From contig CAVWHO010000019.1 of assembly GCA_963754875.1 (NCBI GenBank), positions 1 to 64,000 of the forward strand: a DNA stretch of 64,000 bases, read 5' to 3'. Position 1 is the stretch's first letter; each line of letters opens with the position of its first letter. Positions 40,842-51,248 of this stretch are shown piece after piece. Position numbers and translations under genes: made by a program. The notes under the pieces were generated by a model that saw nothing but the letters and a program-made list of their open reading frames with translations, did no database searches and was not told where the DNA came from. This DNA comes from Nitrospirota bacterium. GTDB lineage: Bacteria; Nitrospirota; UBA9217.

Positions 40842-41852
40842 CTATTCCCATCTAAATATAAATGATCCGATAAGGAGAAAAACCGCGGCCATGATGCCGA
40901 GTGCCGTGAGTTGCGGGGCTATGGCGACGAGCCCTGCGCCATCGGTCATGATGGCACGGGCCGCATCAACGATGTGCGTGAGGGGCAGGAACCAGGCTAT
41001 CTTCTGAACGACCGGGTTCGTGCCTTCGAGCGAGAACCAGACGCCGGAGAGGAGCATCATGGGCCAGGTGAGGAGGTTCAATATTCCCCCGGCAAGCTCT
41101 TCACTCGACAGCCGCGACGAGACGAGAAGCCCCAGCGAGATAAGGCAGATTGCGCCGAGAAGGGAAACGAGAAAGAGGTTCACATAGGAGCCGCGCATCT
41201 CGAAATGGATGAAGTAGTTGCAGCCCGCGTACACGAGAACGGTGATGGTCTGGATCAGGATCAGGCGGGAGACCATCTGCGCGGAAAGGAACTCGAAAGG
41301 ATTGAGCGGCGTTGCCTTGAGCCGCTTGAGGAACCCGTTCTTCCGGTACCGGACGATCACGTACCCGACGCCGAAGAGGCAGGAAAACATCATGTTCATG
41401 GCCAGAATGCCGGGCACGACCCAGTCCACGTAGCGGATCTGGCGGCCCTTGACCGTGCGGCGCTCATATCCCGTCCTGCCCCCCGTACTCCGGAGCATCC
41501 GTTCGAGCACGTATCCATTGGGCGCGTTCTCATTGATCCAGTAGCGCATGCCCGAGCGCACGTCCACAAGCATGTCGAGTTGAAAATGTTCGACCTTGTC
41601 GAGCGCTTTATCGAGGTCATCCACGGTGATGAACTGGACGTATTTCGTGCTAAAAAAATCCTGCTCCGATTTCGTGAGCCGGGACGTGTCGCCGATGACG
41701 CCGACCTTGAACATGGGCTTGGCCTCGCCGGAGAAGACGAAGGCAAAACCCAGCACGAGCAGAAGCGGGAAGAGGATGTTCCAGCCCAGGGACGATTTGT
41801 CGCGGATGAATTCCATGTTCCTGGCGTGCAGGATGGCGAAAAATCTTTTCAT
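40842..41852 (-). CDS. ABC-2 type exporter permease
   Basis: YVDWVVPGILAM, LKRLKATPL, LSGVWF, PLTH. Confidence 0.9.
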   Translation of the reverse strand: MKRFFAILHARNMEFIRDKSSLGWNILFPLLLVLGFAFVFSGEAKPMFKVGVIGDTSRLTKSEQDFFSTKYVQFITVDDLDKALDKVEHFQLDMLVDVRSGMRYWINENAPNGYVLERMLRSTGGRTGYERRTVKGRQIRYVDWVVPGILAMNMMFSCLFGVGYVIVRYRKNGFLKRLKATPLNPFEFLSAQMVSRLILIQTITVLVYAGCNYFIHFEMRGSYVNLFLVSLLGAICLISLGLLVSSRLSSEELAGGILNLLTWPMMLLSGVWFSLEGTNPVVQKIAWFLPLTHIVDAARAIMTDGAGLVAIAPQLTALGIMAAVFLLIGSFIFRWE

Positions 41853-41903
41853 GAAAACCTCAAAAGCAAACTAACCCAGTAGACAAAAGGCAAAGCTCTT
41901 TTT

Positions 41904-41998
41904 TAACCACGGATGAACACGGTAAAGATCACAGAAAATGCCACGTCGCCGAAGTTTAAGATAAAATTATTTGCTTTAAACGTGTTCATCCGTGGTTA
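41904..41998. repeat. Perfect 18-bp inverted repeat (small palindromic dispersed element)
   Basis: taaccacggatgaacacg (41904-41921) and cgtgttcatccgtggtta (41981-41998). Confidence 0.8.
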
Positions 41999-42045
41999 CT
42001 CAGTCTTTTCTCCGTGCCTCAGTGTCTCCGTGGTGAAAGCTTTTC

Positions 42046-42930
42046 TCAGCTCCTCAAGTCCTTGCCGGTGAGCGCGATGAACAGGTCTTCGAGGCTCCAG
42101 GAGCGCATGTTCATCCGCTTGAGCGACACGCCCCGGTCCATGAGGGTCCTGATGGTATCGTCCACATCATGGGTCTGGATCTCGCACCACCCCGGCTGTT
42201 TCGACGTACAAAGGCCGAAGCCGTCGAGCTTTCCGTTCACGTCCTCTTCCGGGAGCTGCAGAATGACGTTCCCGAAGTGTTCCTTCAGCAGTTTTTCCGG
42301 CGTGCCCTGAGAAATGATCCTGCCGCGGTCCATGATGGCGATCTCGTCGCAGAGCGTGTAGGCTTCGTCCATATAATGGGTCGTCAGCACGATGGTCTTG
42401 CCTTTGGAGCGGACCATGGAGATGAGGTCCCAGAAGTTCCTGCGTGCCTGGGGGTCGAGGCCCGTTGTCGGCTCATCGAGAAAGAGGACTTCCGGATCAT
42501 TTACGAGCGCGAGGGCCATGAGCAGCCGCTGCCGCTGGCCCCCCGAAAGTTTGCGCGTATCGCGGTCGAGGAATTCGTCGAGGCTCAAAAGCCGGACTAC
42601 CTCGTCGAACGGCATTGTCCGGGGGTAAAGGTTCCTGAACAGCCGCAGCGTTTCGCGGACCGTCAGGAACTCCTGGAGCGACGTGACCTGGAACTGGATC
42701 CCCGCCTCTTTCCGGAACCGGCTGCCGACAGGTGTTCCCTTGTACAGCGTGACGCCGGCATCCGGCTTCAGGATACCCTCGACGATCTCGATGAGCGTGG
42801 TCTTACCGGCGCCGTTCGGGCCGAGCAGACCGAAGCAGATACCGTGAGGGATGGCAAGGCTCACGCCATCTACGGCCCGTATGCCGGGATAGGTTTTGAC
42901 CAGGTTTTGTATCTCGATAATAGGAGGCAT
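42046..42930 (-). CDS. ABC exporter ATP-binding protein
   Basis: GPNGAGKTT, LSGGQRQR, LDEPTTGLD, TTHYMDEA. Confidence 0.93.
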   Translation of the reverse strand: MPPIIEIQNLVKTYPGIRAVDGVSLAIPHGICFGLLGPNGAGKTTLIEIVEGILKPDAGVTLYKGTPVGSRFRKEAGIQFQVTSLQEFLTVRETLRLFRNLYPRTMPFDEVVRLLSLDEFLDRDTRKLSGGQRQRLLMALALVNDPEVLFLDEPTTGLDPQARRNFWDLISMVRSKGKTIVLTTHYMDEAYTLCDEIAIMDRGRIISQGTPEKLLKEHFGNVILQLPEEDVNGKLDGFGLCTSKQPGWCEIQTHDVDDTIRTLMDRGVSLKRMNMRSWSLEDLFIALTGKDLRS

Positions 42931-43158
42931 GATGGAAATGATCTCATTCAAAAGAGTGAAAGCCCAGAATGCAATATCTCTTGCCCGCTTCTCGGTTGTT
43001 GTCAATTGCGCTCGATACAGTATCACGCGGCTACTACACTGTCAAGTCGGGACGCAGGAGTCAAGCGCGATCATTATTAAAAATCCGGCGTGCGCGGCCA
43101 ATGTCCGGGAGTGATATAATTTTATCATATATCTGGAGAGAAACTGCTGGAGGAACAC

Positions 43159-43953
43159 GTGAACGCAAAAATGCCGGTACTCTTCATCGGCCACGGTTCG
43201 CCGATGAACATTATCTTCGATAACAGCTACACCAGGAGCCTTGCGGCGCTCGGCAAGAGCCTTCCGAAGCCCAAAGCGGTCCTGGTGGTTTCCGCGCACT
43301 GGCTCACGAAGGCTACCTCGGTCACCTGTACGGAGAAGCCGAAGACCATCTACGATTTTTACGGCTTTCCGGACGAGCTCTACGCCATGCGCTATCCCAG
43401 CCCCGGTGCGCCGCGCGAAGCCCGGCTGGTGACGGACATGGTGAAAAGTGTAAAGGTAAGCTGCGGCGACTGGGGGCTTGACCACGCTTCATGGGCGGTT
43501 CTCAAGCATGTCTATCCCGCTGCCGATATACCGGTGTTCGAGATGAGCCTTGCCTACACGTACAATGAATGGCACCCGAAACCGCTCCAGTATCATTATG
43601 ATCTTGCACGTGAGCTGTCCGGGCTGCGGGGCCAGGGCGTGCTGATCATCGCGAGCGGGAACATCGTGCATAATCTCGGGATGCTGGACTTCGAAAATAT
43701 TGATGCCCCGGTATTTGATTGGGCAGGCGAATTTGACGAGAATGTGAAGAAACATCTGGTCAGCGGAAACCACGACGCCCTGGTCCACTATCAGAACATC
43801 GGGCGCACGTCGCCCCTTGCCGTGCCCACACTCGACCATTATCTCCCGATGATCTACGCCATCGCTCTGCAGGAAAAAAACGAGCCCCTCAAGTTTACTC
43901 ATGAAGGATTCCAGTACGGTTCGGTTTCGATGCGCTGTTTCCAAATCGGCTAA
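43159..43953 (+). CDS. ygiD: 4,5-DOPA extradiol dioxygenase (LigB family)
   Basis: FIGHGSPMN, SAHW, IYDFYGFP, WGLDH, SGNIVHNL, PTLDHYLP. Confidence 0.9.
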   Translation: MNAKMPVLFIGHGSPMNIIFDNSYTRSLAALGKSLPKPKAVLVVSAHWLTKATSVTCTEKPKTIYDFYGFPDELYAMRYPSPGAPREARLVTDMVKSVKVSCGDWGLDHASWAVLKHVYPAADIPVFEMSLAYTYNEWHPKPLQYHYDLARELSGLRGQGVLIIASGNIVHNLGMLDFENIDAPVFDWAGEFDENVKKHLVSGNHDALVHYQNIGRTSPLAVPTLDHYLPMIYAIALQEKNEPLKFTHEGFQYGSVSMRCFQIG

Positions 43954-44027
43954 GCGCAGACAGTACTCAACACCTTCCGTTCCAATTTATCCAGCTCTGC
44001 ATCAGAGAAACATACGGCACCATCATC

Positions 44028-45174
44028 TCAGAAATGCCCCCGGTCCCGGCGCTTCTCGCGCGCGGCGCGCTGTCTGAAGCCCGGGCTTCTCCCCCATGCG
44101 CTCATCTGCCAATTGTCGGTCCTGCTCATTTCGGGTATCCAGTGCGGAAGCGCCAATCGTAGCCTCAAGGACAGGGCATAGACGTAGGGTTCGTACATCC
44201 GGCGCAGTTCAATGAGACGCTGCTCGGTAGTCGGCCCCGGCCTGAAGACGCAGCGCTTCCCGGTCCAGAAATTCGCGCAGGGTTTCGAAGTCCTCCCGGG
44301 GGAGGCGGTCGATCTGCGGTTCCTGCGGCGGCGTGTGCAGGACGAGGGCGAGGTCTACGATCGCATGACGCGCAATGGCAAAGGTCAGCTGGGCCTGGCG
44401 CGCGCTCTCACCCTCGAGGTTCGTGATTACGAAAGCGCAGGTATCCAGGATCGACGTGAGCGCAGCGAGCCAGGACTGATTGTCATGCTGGGAGCGGAAG
44501 TAGACGAGCACGGGAAAAGACAAATGGCTTTCGAGCAGTTCCGCGGACCAGCGTTCCCATTCATGCAGCAGTCCGGTCAGTGCGCCTATCGCGTGGTCCC
44601 GGCTGTGGCGCCGGATGATCTCCAGGGCAGAGGGCGGAGAGCCGGCCCGCGCATCGAGAAGCGATATGTTGATTTCTCTGCGCGAGAATGACTGGTTCAG
44701 CGCAGGCAGGTAGCTGATGACGATCGCCAGGAACGCAAAGCCCATGCCTACCTGGAACACGATGAGCACTCTCGCGAATGCCGTGTTAGGAACGACATCA
44801 CCGAGGCCGAGCGTGAAAAACGTCGTGCCGCTGAAATAGAGACAGGATCCGAACGTAATGACGTGCTCCGGGGTCTTGATGGCGTCGCCCGGCGCCCAGT
44901 ACAGGAACGCATAGCCGAAAACGAGGACCACGGCCCAAAAGCAGAGGAGCGCCGGAAGAGACAGCGGGCCGTAATAGCTCAAAAACGTTTCCTGGGCCTT
45001 GGCGCTGGAAAACACACTGGCAAGCCTCGACCAGACCGGCCAGGTAAGCCGGTAGAAGAGGCGCACGAGACGGACCCGGCGCGTGACGCGGCGCGGGAAC
45101 ACGACAGTCTCGAAGGCGTCCACGAGGACGATCACGATGAGGGCTGCGCCCACGATGTATGCAAGTAGCGCCAT
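44028..45174 (-). CDS. Potassium-channel-family membrane protein, with one frameshift near 44230
   Basis: Filter-like TFFTLGLGDVVP, LLESHLSFPVL.YFRSQH. The C-terminus ELRRMYEPYV...DNWQ is in another frame. Confidence 0.8.
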
Positions 45175-45361
45175 AAAAACATCCCCCTGAACCAGACCAT
45201 TTTCAATGAATCATGCAGCATATGGTCTTTCACAATCAGGTGCAATCAGGAACCTCAGCACCATAGATGATTAGATTATATCAAAGGAGGATGTTTTGCA
45301 TCCCGATTGGGATCGGCCTGCAAGGAAGGGTGCTACAATAGTACGAGAGGACCTTTCGGTT

Positions 45362-47377
45362 TCACTTCAATATCTGGAACAGGTTGTTATAGTCGTCCGT
45401 CCAGGCACGGAGCCCGGGCCGCGTGGTTAGTTCTTCCGCGACGTTCTCGATGGCCGGATCTTCGATGGGCTGCGACGATACGAGCGCCCACTTTGAGCGG
45501 TAGAGATTGTGCTGCTCGTCGGAATCCGTCGAGATAAGAATAGCCTGTTTGCCGAGTTCGTCAGAGAGCTTTCGCACGACCGGTTCGAGGTCCAGGTGGG
45601 TATTCGTTATATGGAGCGCCAGGACGCCGCCCGGTTTCAGATGGCGGAAATAAAGCTCCAGCGCCTGTTTGGTGATCAGGTGCACGGGAATGGCGTCGCC
45701 GGAGAAAGCATCAACCACGAAGAGGTCGTACTGCTGGTGCGGTTCGCGTTCGAGCGAGAGGCGGCCGTCGCCCAAAACCACATCGACCTTACCACGGCAG
45801 TCCCCCAGATAGGTGAATTCGCTCCGCGCGAGCTGCTCTGCCAGCGGGTTTATCTCGTAGAACCGGAACACGTCCCCGGGCCGGGCATAGGCGGCAAGAG
45901 AACCGGCGCCGAGCCCGATGACGCCTACGCGCAGGGATGAGTGACGGAGATAGTGCTCGGCGAGAGCGACACCGGACCCGGGGCCATAGTACGAGAGTGG
46001 CGCGTTGCGGCGGGCCGGCGGCGTGTACTGAACGCCGTGTGTGACGGTCCCGTTAACGAGGACCCGTATTTCGTTGTTCGTTCCCTTATGATATTCATTC
46101 ACCCGCAGGCCGCCGTAAAAATTTCTTGCCATCACGAGGACCTGGTGTCCGTAGGAGGTCATGTAATACGATGATGTGAGGATGACCGCGGTCGCCGTAA
46201 TCCAGCCTATCACAAGGACTATGTGCGATCTGCGATACTCCAAAACGACGAGCAGAAGGAGTGAACAGAATATAAGGGTGAGGGGAAGCTCGAAGTATGC
46301 GGGCAGGACTTTGGGCGCAATGAGTCCCACGAACAGGCCGCCGAGCGCTCCGCCGATCGAGAGCATGAGATAAAAGGACGTCAGGTGCTGCGGCGCAGGT
46401 TTGCGCTTTACGAGTTCGCCGTGAAAGAACAGGCAGGAAATGAAGAGGCCCGAGGAGAAGGTCGCTATGACCAGCCCGATGTTGGCATGCGAGTTCCATC
46501 TCAACAGCCCGTAGGACATGCCGCCGAGAGCGAGGACGAAAAGCCAAACAAAAAACTTCCGGTTGTAGAGCCGTTCGTAGTTAAAGGTCAGGATAAAGGT
46601 AAGGAGATAGAGGCTGAGCGGAAGCACCCAGAGGAACGGGATAGATGCTACGTTCTGCGTCAGGTGGTTGGTAACGGAAAGCAGGAGCGTCGAGGCGCAT
46701 CCCGCGAGCAGAAGCCAGAGGACATGTTCCCGCACTCTTGGCGGAGAACAATCCGTGATTGCGGATTTTGCTGGATCATCGCAGACAGCGGGGGCCGCAG
46801 TTCGCCGGCTCCGGAAGGCCGTCGTAATGCCGAGCGCGACAAAAAGTACAAAGGCCGTTGACCAGCCCAGGGACTGCTGCCTGAGCGTAACGTGCGGCTC
46901 GACAAAGACCGGGTATGCCAGAAGCCCCAGGAGCGAGGCGAGGTTGGAGAGGCCGAAGAGCCTGTAGGGCAGAGCAGCTTTGTTCGTTCGCGCATACCAG
47001 GCCTGGACGAGCGGGCTGGTCGTCGAGAGCAGGAAGTACGGCAGGCCGATCGAGACGGTCAACAGGCCGAGGATGCGCAGGACCGGATCTTCAGTGCCCG
47101 CAGGCTTCCACGCCAGCGACGGCGCCACGGGCAGGAGCAGGAGGCTTGTTGCGAGCAGGGTTATATGCACGGCAGCCTGCGACTTCGGCCTGAGCGTTCG
47201 GACGGACCAGTGTGCATAGAGATAGCCGCCGAGCAGCGCTGTTTGGAAAAAGAGCATCGCCGTGATCCAGACAGACGCAGAGCCGCCGAACCAGGGCAGG
47301 ATCATCTTCGCTATCATGGGCTGGATCTGGAAGAGCAGGAAGGCGCTCAGAAATATGGTAAGGGCAGAGAGAAACAT
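45362..47377 (-). CDS. Fused membrane (MFS-like)/spermidine-synthase-like SAM-fold protein
   Basis: Multi-TM N-terminus (LPWFGGS..VW). VIGLGAGSL, YEINP, GDGRL, DAFSGD, WTDD. Confidence 0.88.
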   Translation of the reverse strand: MFLSALTIFLSAFLLFQIQPMIAKMILPWFGGSASVWITAMLFFQTALLGGYLYAHWSVRTLRPKSQAAVHITLLATSLLLLPVAPSLAWKPAGTEDPVLRILGLLTVSIGLPYFLLSTTSPLVQAWYARTNKAALPYRLFGLSNLASLLGLLAYPVFVEPHVTLRQQSLGWSTAFVLFVALGITTAFRSRRTAAPAVCDDPAKSAITDCSPPRVREHVLWLLLAGCASTLLLSVTNHLTQNVASIPFLWVLPLSLYLLTFILTFNYERLYNRKFFVWLFVLALGGMSYGLLRWNSHANIGLVIATFSSGLFISCLFFHGELVKRKPAPQHLTSFYLMLSIGGALGGLFVGLIAPKVLPAYFELPLTLIFCSLLLLVVLEYRRSHIVLVIGWITATAVILTSSYYMTSYGHQVLVMARNFYGGLRVNEYHKGTNNEIRVLVNGTVTHGVQYTPPARRNAPLSYYGPGSGVALAEHYLRHSSLRVGVIGLGAGSLAAYARPGDVFRFYEINPLAEQLARSEFTYLGDCRGKVDVVLGDGRLSLEREPHQQYDLFVVDAFSGDAIPVHLITKQALELYFRHLKPGGVLALHITNTHLDLEPVVRKLSDELGKQAILISTDSDEQHNLYRSKWALVSSQPIEDPAIENVAEELTTRPGLRAWTDDYNNLFQILK

Positions 47378-47510
47378 GACGAGCCGCGATTATACCACAA
47401 CGCTTCGTGAGAATCTCAAAAAAAGAGGAAATCAAACAGTCAGAGGAAAACATTTAGCCGCATGAACGCCGATATGTTATACTCTAGTTCATCATTCGGA
47501 GGAACGCCGC

Positions 47511-49445
47511 ATGAAAGCCAAAGGCACCAAGAAAAAAGCAAATGTCATCCACGGCGTGAGCCTGCTCACGGAGCACGATATCTATCTCTTTAAAGAGGGG
47601 AACCATTTCGGCCTCTACGAGAAACTCGGCTCGCATATCCTGCATGTCGACGGAGTCGACGGCACGCTCTTCGCGGTCTGGGCGCCAAACGCTGCAAAGG
47701 TCTCGGTGATTGGCGACTTTAACGGCTGGAACAGGGACAGCCATCCTCTTGCCGCGCGGCACGACGAGTCGGGCATCTGGGAAGGATTCCTTCCGGGGTT
47801 AACCGAAGGGACACTCTACAAGTACCAGATCATCTCGCGGTATAACCAGCACGCTGGCGAGAAAGGCGATCCTTTTGCGTTTTCCTGGGAAGTCCCCCCG
47901 AGGACAGCGTCCGTGGTACGGCAACTGGATTACGAGTGGAATGACGGCGCGTGGATGAAGGACCGGCATGCGCGGAATTCGCTGAATGCGCCCTTCTCCG
48001 TGTACGAGCTTCACATCGGCTCATGGCGCCGGGTGCCGGAAGACAACAACCGGTCGCTCACCTACCGGGAACTGGCGGACTATCTCCCCGAATATCTCAA
48101 AGACACGGGCTTCACGCACGTTGAATTCATGCCTGTGATGGAACACCCTTTTTACGGGTCCTGGGGTTACCAGGTCACCGGTTTCTTCGCGCCCACGAGC
48201 AGGTATGGGACGCCGCAGGACTTCATGCATCTGATCGACCGCCTGCATCAGGAGGGGGTCGGCGTGATCCTGGACTGGGTGCCGTCGCACTTCCCCGGCG
48301 ACGCTCACGGGCTCGTGTATTTCGACGGCACGCACCTGTACGAACACGAAGACCCCAAGAAGGGCTTCCATCCCGAATGGACGAGCCACATCTTCAACTA
48401 CGGCCGGTACGAGGTGCGTAACTTCCTCATTTCGAGCGCGCTCTTCTGGCTCGACAAATATCACGCAGACGGGCTCAGGATCGACGCCGTAGCGTCCATG
48501 CTCTACCTCGATTACGCGCGCAGGGACGGCGAGTGGATCCCGAACCAGTATGGCGGCAAGGAGAACATCGAGGCAATCGATTTTCTGAGGAGCCTGAACC
48601 GGGAGGTGTACCGGGCCTTCCCCGACGTCCAGACCATTGCCGAAGAGTCTACCTCGTGGCCCATGGTGTCGCGGCCGGCGCATGTGGGTGGGCTCGGCTT
48701 CGGCATGAAGTGGAACATGGGATGGATGCACGACACGCTGGAGTATTTTTCTCAGGACCCCGTGTTCCGCAAGTATCATCACAACGACATCACTTTCAGC
48801 ATCTGGTATGCGTTTTTCGAGAACTTCATGCTGCCCTTGTCCCATGACGAAGTCGTGTACGGCAAAGGCGCCCTTGCAGGCAAGATGCCCGGCAGCGGTC
48901 TGCAGAAGATGGCGAACCTCCGGCTCCTCTTCGGCTACCTCTATACTCATCCGGGAAAGAAGCTCTTGTTCATGGGCGGCGAACTGGGCCAATGGGCGGA
49001 GTGGAGCCACGAACAGAGCATTGAATGGCACCTCCTCCAGTATCAGTCCCACTACGGCGTCTGGAAATGGGTGCGCGACCTGAATCATCTCTACCGGAGC
49101 GAGCCCGCGCTCTACGAGGTCGACTTCGAGAACGCGGGATTCGAGTGGGTCGATTTCAGCGACCAGGAGTCGAGCGTCATCAGTTTCATCAGGAGGGGGC
49201 GCTCGCAGGGCGAAACGATCCTTGTTGTGTGCAACTTTACGCCGGTGCCGCGCCTGAATTACCGGGTGGGCGTTCCCGAAGGCGGCTTCTGGAGAGAGCT
49301 GTTGAACAGCGACGCCAACGATTACGGAGGAAACGGCTTCGGGAACTTCGGCGGACGGGAAGCATTGGCAGAGCCGTACCATCATCGGAGCCATTCGCTT
49401 TTGCTCGCGCTGCCGCCGCTCGGGATCGTGGTGCTTAAAAAATAA
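47511..49445 (+). CDS. glgB: 1,4-alpha-glucan branching enzyme
   Basis: FAVWAPNA, SWGYQ, DWVPSHF, GLRIDAVASM, AEEST, LSHDEVV. Confidence 0.97.
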   Translation: MKAKGTKKKANVIHGVSLLTEHDIYLFKEGNHFGLYEKLGSHILHVDGVDGTLFAVWAPNAAKVSVIGDFNGWNRDSHPLAARHDESGIWEGFLPGLTEGTLYKYQIISRYNQHAGEKGDPFAFSWEVPPRTASVVRQLDYEWNDGAWMKDRHARNSLNAPFSVYELHIGSWRRVPEDNNRSLTYRELADYLPEYLKDTGFTHVEFMPVMEHPFYGSWGYQVTGFFAPTSRYGTPQDFMHLIDRLHQEGVGVILDWVPSHFPGDAHGLVYFDGTHLYEHEDPKKGFHPEWTSHIFNYGRYEVRNFLISSALFWLDKYHADGLRIDAVASMLYLDYARRDGEWIPNQYGGKENIEAIDFLRSLNREVYRAFPDVQTIAEESTSWPMVSRPAHVGGLGFGMKWNMGWMHDTLEYFSQDPVFRKYHHNDITFSIWYAFFENFMLPLSHDEVVYGKGALAGKMPGSGLQKMANLRLLFGYLYTHPGKKLLFMGGELGQWAEWSHEQSIEWHLLQYQSHYGVWKWVRDLNHLYRSEPALYEVDFENAGFEWVDFSDQESSVISFIRRGRSQGETILVVCNFTPVPRLNYRVGVPEGGFWRELLNSDANDYGGNGFGNFGGREALAEPYHHRSHSLLLALPPLGIVVLKK

Positions 49446-49763
49446 AAGAAGGAACGAAGTTGCACTCCCGCGACTTGGAATCCCCGGCTCCTGCCGGAAG
49501 GGGCTCCAGTGTTCATGTTCTGTTGATTTTTTCAAGCACCTCCAAAATATCCAATCTCTCAAATCAAAAAGCGGAGTTACCTTGAAACCAGGGACCGCGA
49601 GGCGTTTGTGTGTACGGGATAATACTATGGGGAAACCGTTGAAGGAAGTGACGGTCTGCGCACGAAAGTTGGCGACAAACGGCTTTGCGCTGTGGTAAGG
49701 TGTGTGCAGATGATGCCTTTGGGCTGGCTGTCTCTTTGATGGCAGTCTGGAAAGGAGCCCTTC

Positions 49764-50360
49764 ATGGAAGATCATTTACTGGCCAAGGCCGGTTTCCTGC
49801 GGGAAGTGTTTGATGCCATACCCGCCATGCTGCTCATTCTCGATGATGACGTCCAAATTTTACACCTCAATGCTACGGCGTCTGCCGGTCTCGGCGTCGA
49901 TCTTAAAGATGTTTACAAGAAAAGGGGCGGCGAAGCTCTGCATTGTATCCACTCGACTGATGTTCCCGGGGGATGCGGCAGGGCAGCGGCATGCAGGGAC
50001 TGCATCATCAGAAACTCCGCTATGAGCGCCATGCAGGGAGGCAAAACATACCGGAAGGCGACGCGGATGGAGTTCGTGAACGGCGGCAAAAAGACAGAAA
50101 TGCATCTCCTGGTCACGGCAGCGCCGTTCAAGCACGAAGACAAAAGCTATGTTCTGCTGACCCTGGAGAACGTGAGTGAGTTGATACGGCTGAGAAGTCT
50201 GCTGCCTATCTGTATGCACTGCAAGAGGATACGGAACGACGAGGGCTACTGGAGCGACGTGGCCGTGTACTTCAGCGAGCGCCTGGATGTGGATTTTTCC
50301 CACGGAATTTGCAGCGAGTGTGCGGAAAAATTGTATCCGGAATATAGGAAACGCGACTGA
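49764..50360 (+). CDS. Cys-rich PAS-domain protein with C-terminal Zn-finger-like domain
   Basis: PAS (FDAIP...LN) carrying CIHS..GCG...CRDC. C-terminal LPICMHCKRIR...FSHGICSEC. Confidence 0.8.
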   Translation: MEDHLLAKAGFLREVFDAIPAMLLILDDDVQILHLNATASAGLGVDLKDVYKKRGGEALHCIHSTDVPGGCGRAAACRDCIIRNSAMSAMQGGKTYRKATRMEFVNGGKKTEMHLLVTAAPFKHEDKSYVLLTLENVSELIRLRSLLPICMHCKRIRNDEGYWSDVAVYFSERLDVDFSHGICSECAEKLYPEYRKRD

Positions 50361-50424
50361 AAATCATTTATCGCCAGAAGGTGAAGGCCGCAGAGAAGAA
50401 AGAGGACAGTGCCCTCCTGAACGA

Positions 50425-50970
50425 TCAGAAAATCACCGCAAACAGAAGTTCCGGATAGGTCTCCGAGCAGGACGAATACACGGTCCTGTCGCAATTCAGA
50501 TGGACCTCCTGCGCCAGGCCCGCGCCGAAGTAGGCGCTTCTTCCCGTTAAAAAAAAGACGCCTGCCCGGGCGCCGATGGTGTCGCGGCCCGGGTAACCCT
50601 CGATCAAGGTACGGCGGTAGAACGCGCCTGCATAGGGTTGGACGGTCCCCTCCCTCGTGAGGACGACGCGCACCTGGGGGCTTACCTGTTCAATACGCGG
50701 TGAATTTCCCGACCATTCTTCGGCATCAAGCCCCACCTCGACACCGTCTGCAATGAAATAACCTCCTCCGATGCCGAAGATCGAATAATTCCGGTTAAAG
50801 GCAGTCGCTCCGCCGAATGAAATAGACAGCCGCGCATTGCCGGCTGTGAAGGGAGCCGTCGAGAGGCCCGATTCGGCATGCACCGTCGTTGACAGTATGA
50901 CAAGCGCCAGGAAGACGAAGACCGCTTTTCTGAGCCTGCAAGCAGGACTGTACCGCGCAAGTCCGTTCAT
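50425..50970 (-). CDS. Putative small outer-membrane beta-barrel protein
   Basis: Signal peptide (VHA-E), GGGYF, VQPYAGAFY, C-terminal F. Start uncertain. Confidence 0.6.
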   Translation of the reverse strand: MNGLARYSPACRLRKAVFVFLALVILSTTVHAESGLSTAPFTAGNARLSISFGGATAFNRNYSIFGIGGGYFIADGVEVGLDAEEWSGNSPRIEQVSPQVRVVLTREGTVQPYAGAFYRRTLIEGYPGRDTIGARAGVFFLTGRSAYFGAGLAQEVHLNCDRTVYSSCSETYPELLFAVIF

Positions 50971-50989
50971 GAAGGTCATGGTTGTTTCG

Positions 50990-51204
50990 TCCCTTCGCCG
51001 CACACCTTGTTTTGACCATCGGATCACCCAACGGGGGACCGGCTTCCCCTCGGCCGAGAGCTTTTTTTCGATTCTCTCCAGCACCTGGGAGGAAGGTGCG
51101 AACCCTCAGAGAGAAAATTTTTTATTGAAGCCGTACCACAGGTTGATGGCCGTTGCGCCGTAGAGAACGGCGAGGACGACAGCTAAGATGAATACAAGCG
51201 TCAT
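50990..51204 (-). CDS. Small membrane protein, probably frameshifted (3' end uncertain)
   Basis: RBS aagggg plus MTLVFILAVVLAVLYG. A coding-like continuation follows in another frame. Confidence 0.35.
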
Positions 51205-51248
51205 AGTGCCCCCTTTTTTTCCGGATGCCTGTGATGTCAAGGTTCTTT

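Noticed and set aside
49650..49762. c-di-GMP-I riboswitch upstream of the PAS gene
   Set aside because: Hairpins are present, but the gcgcaaagcc-like word is on the wrong strand and the P1 GGCAAA/GNRA architecture is missing.
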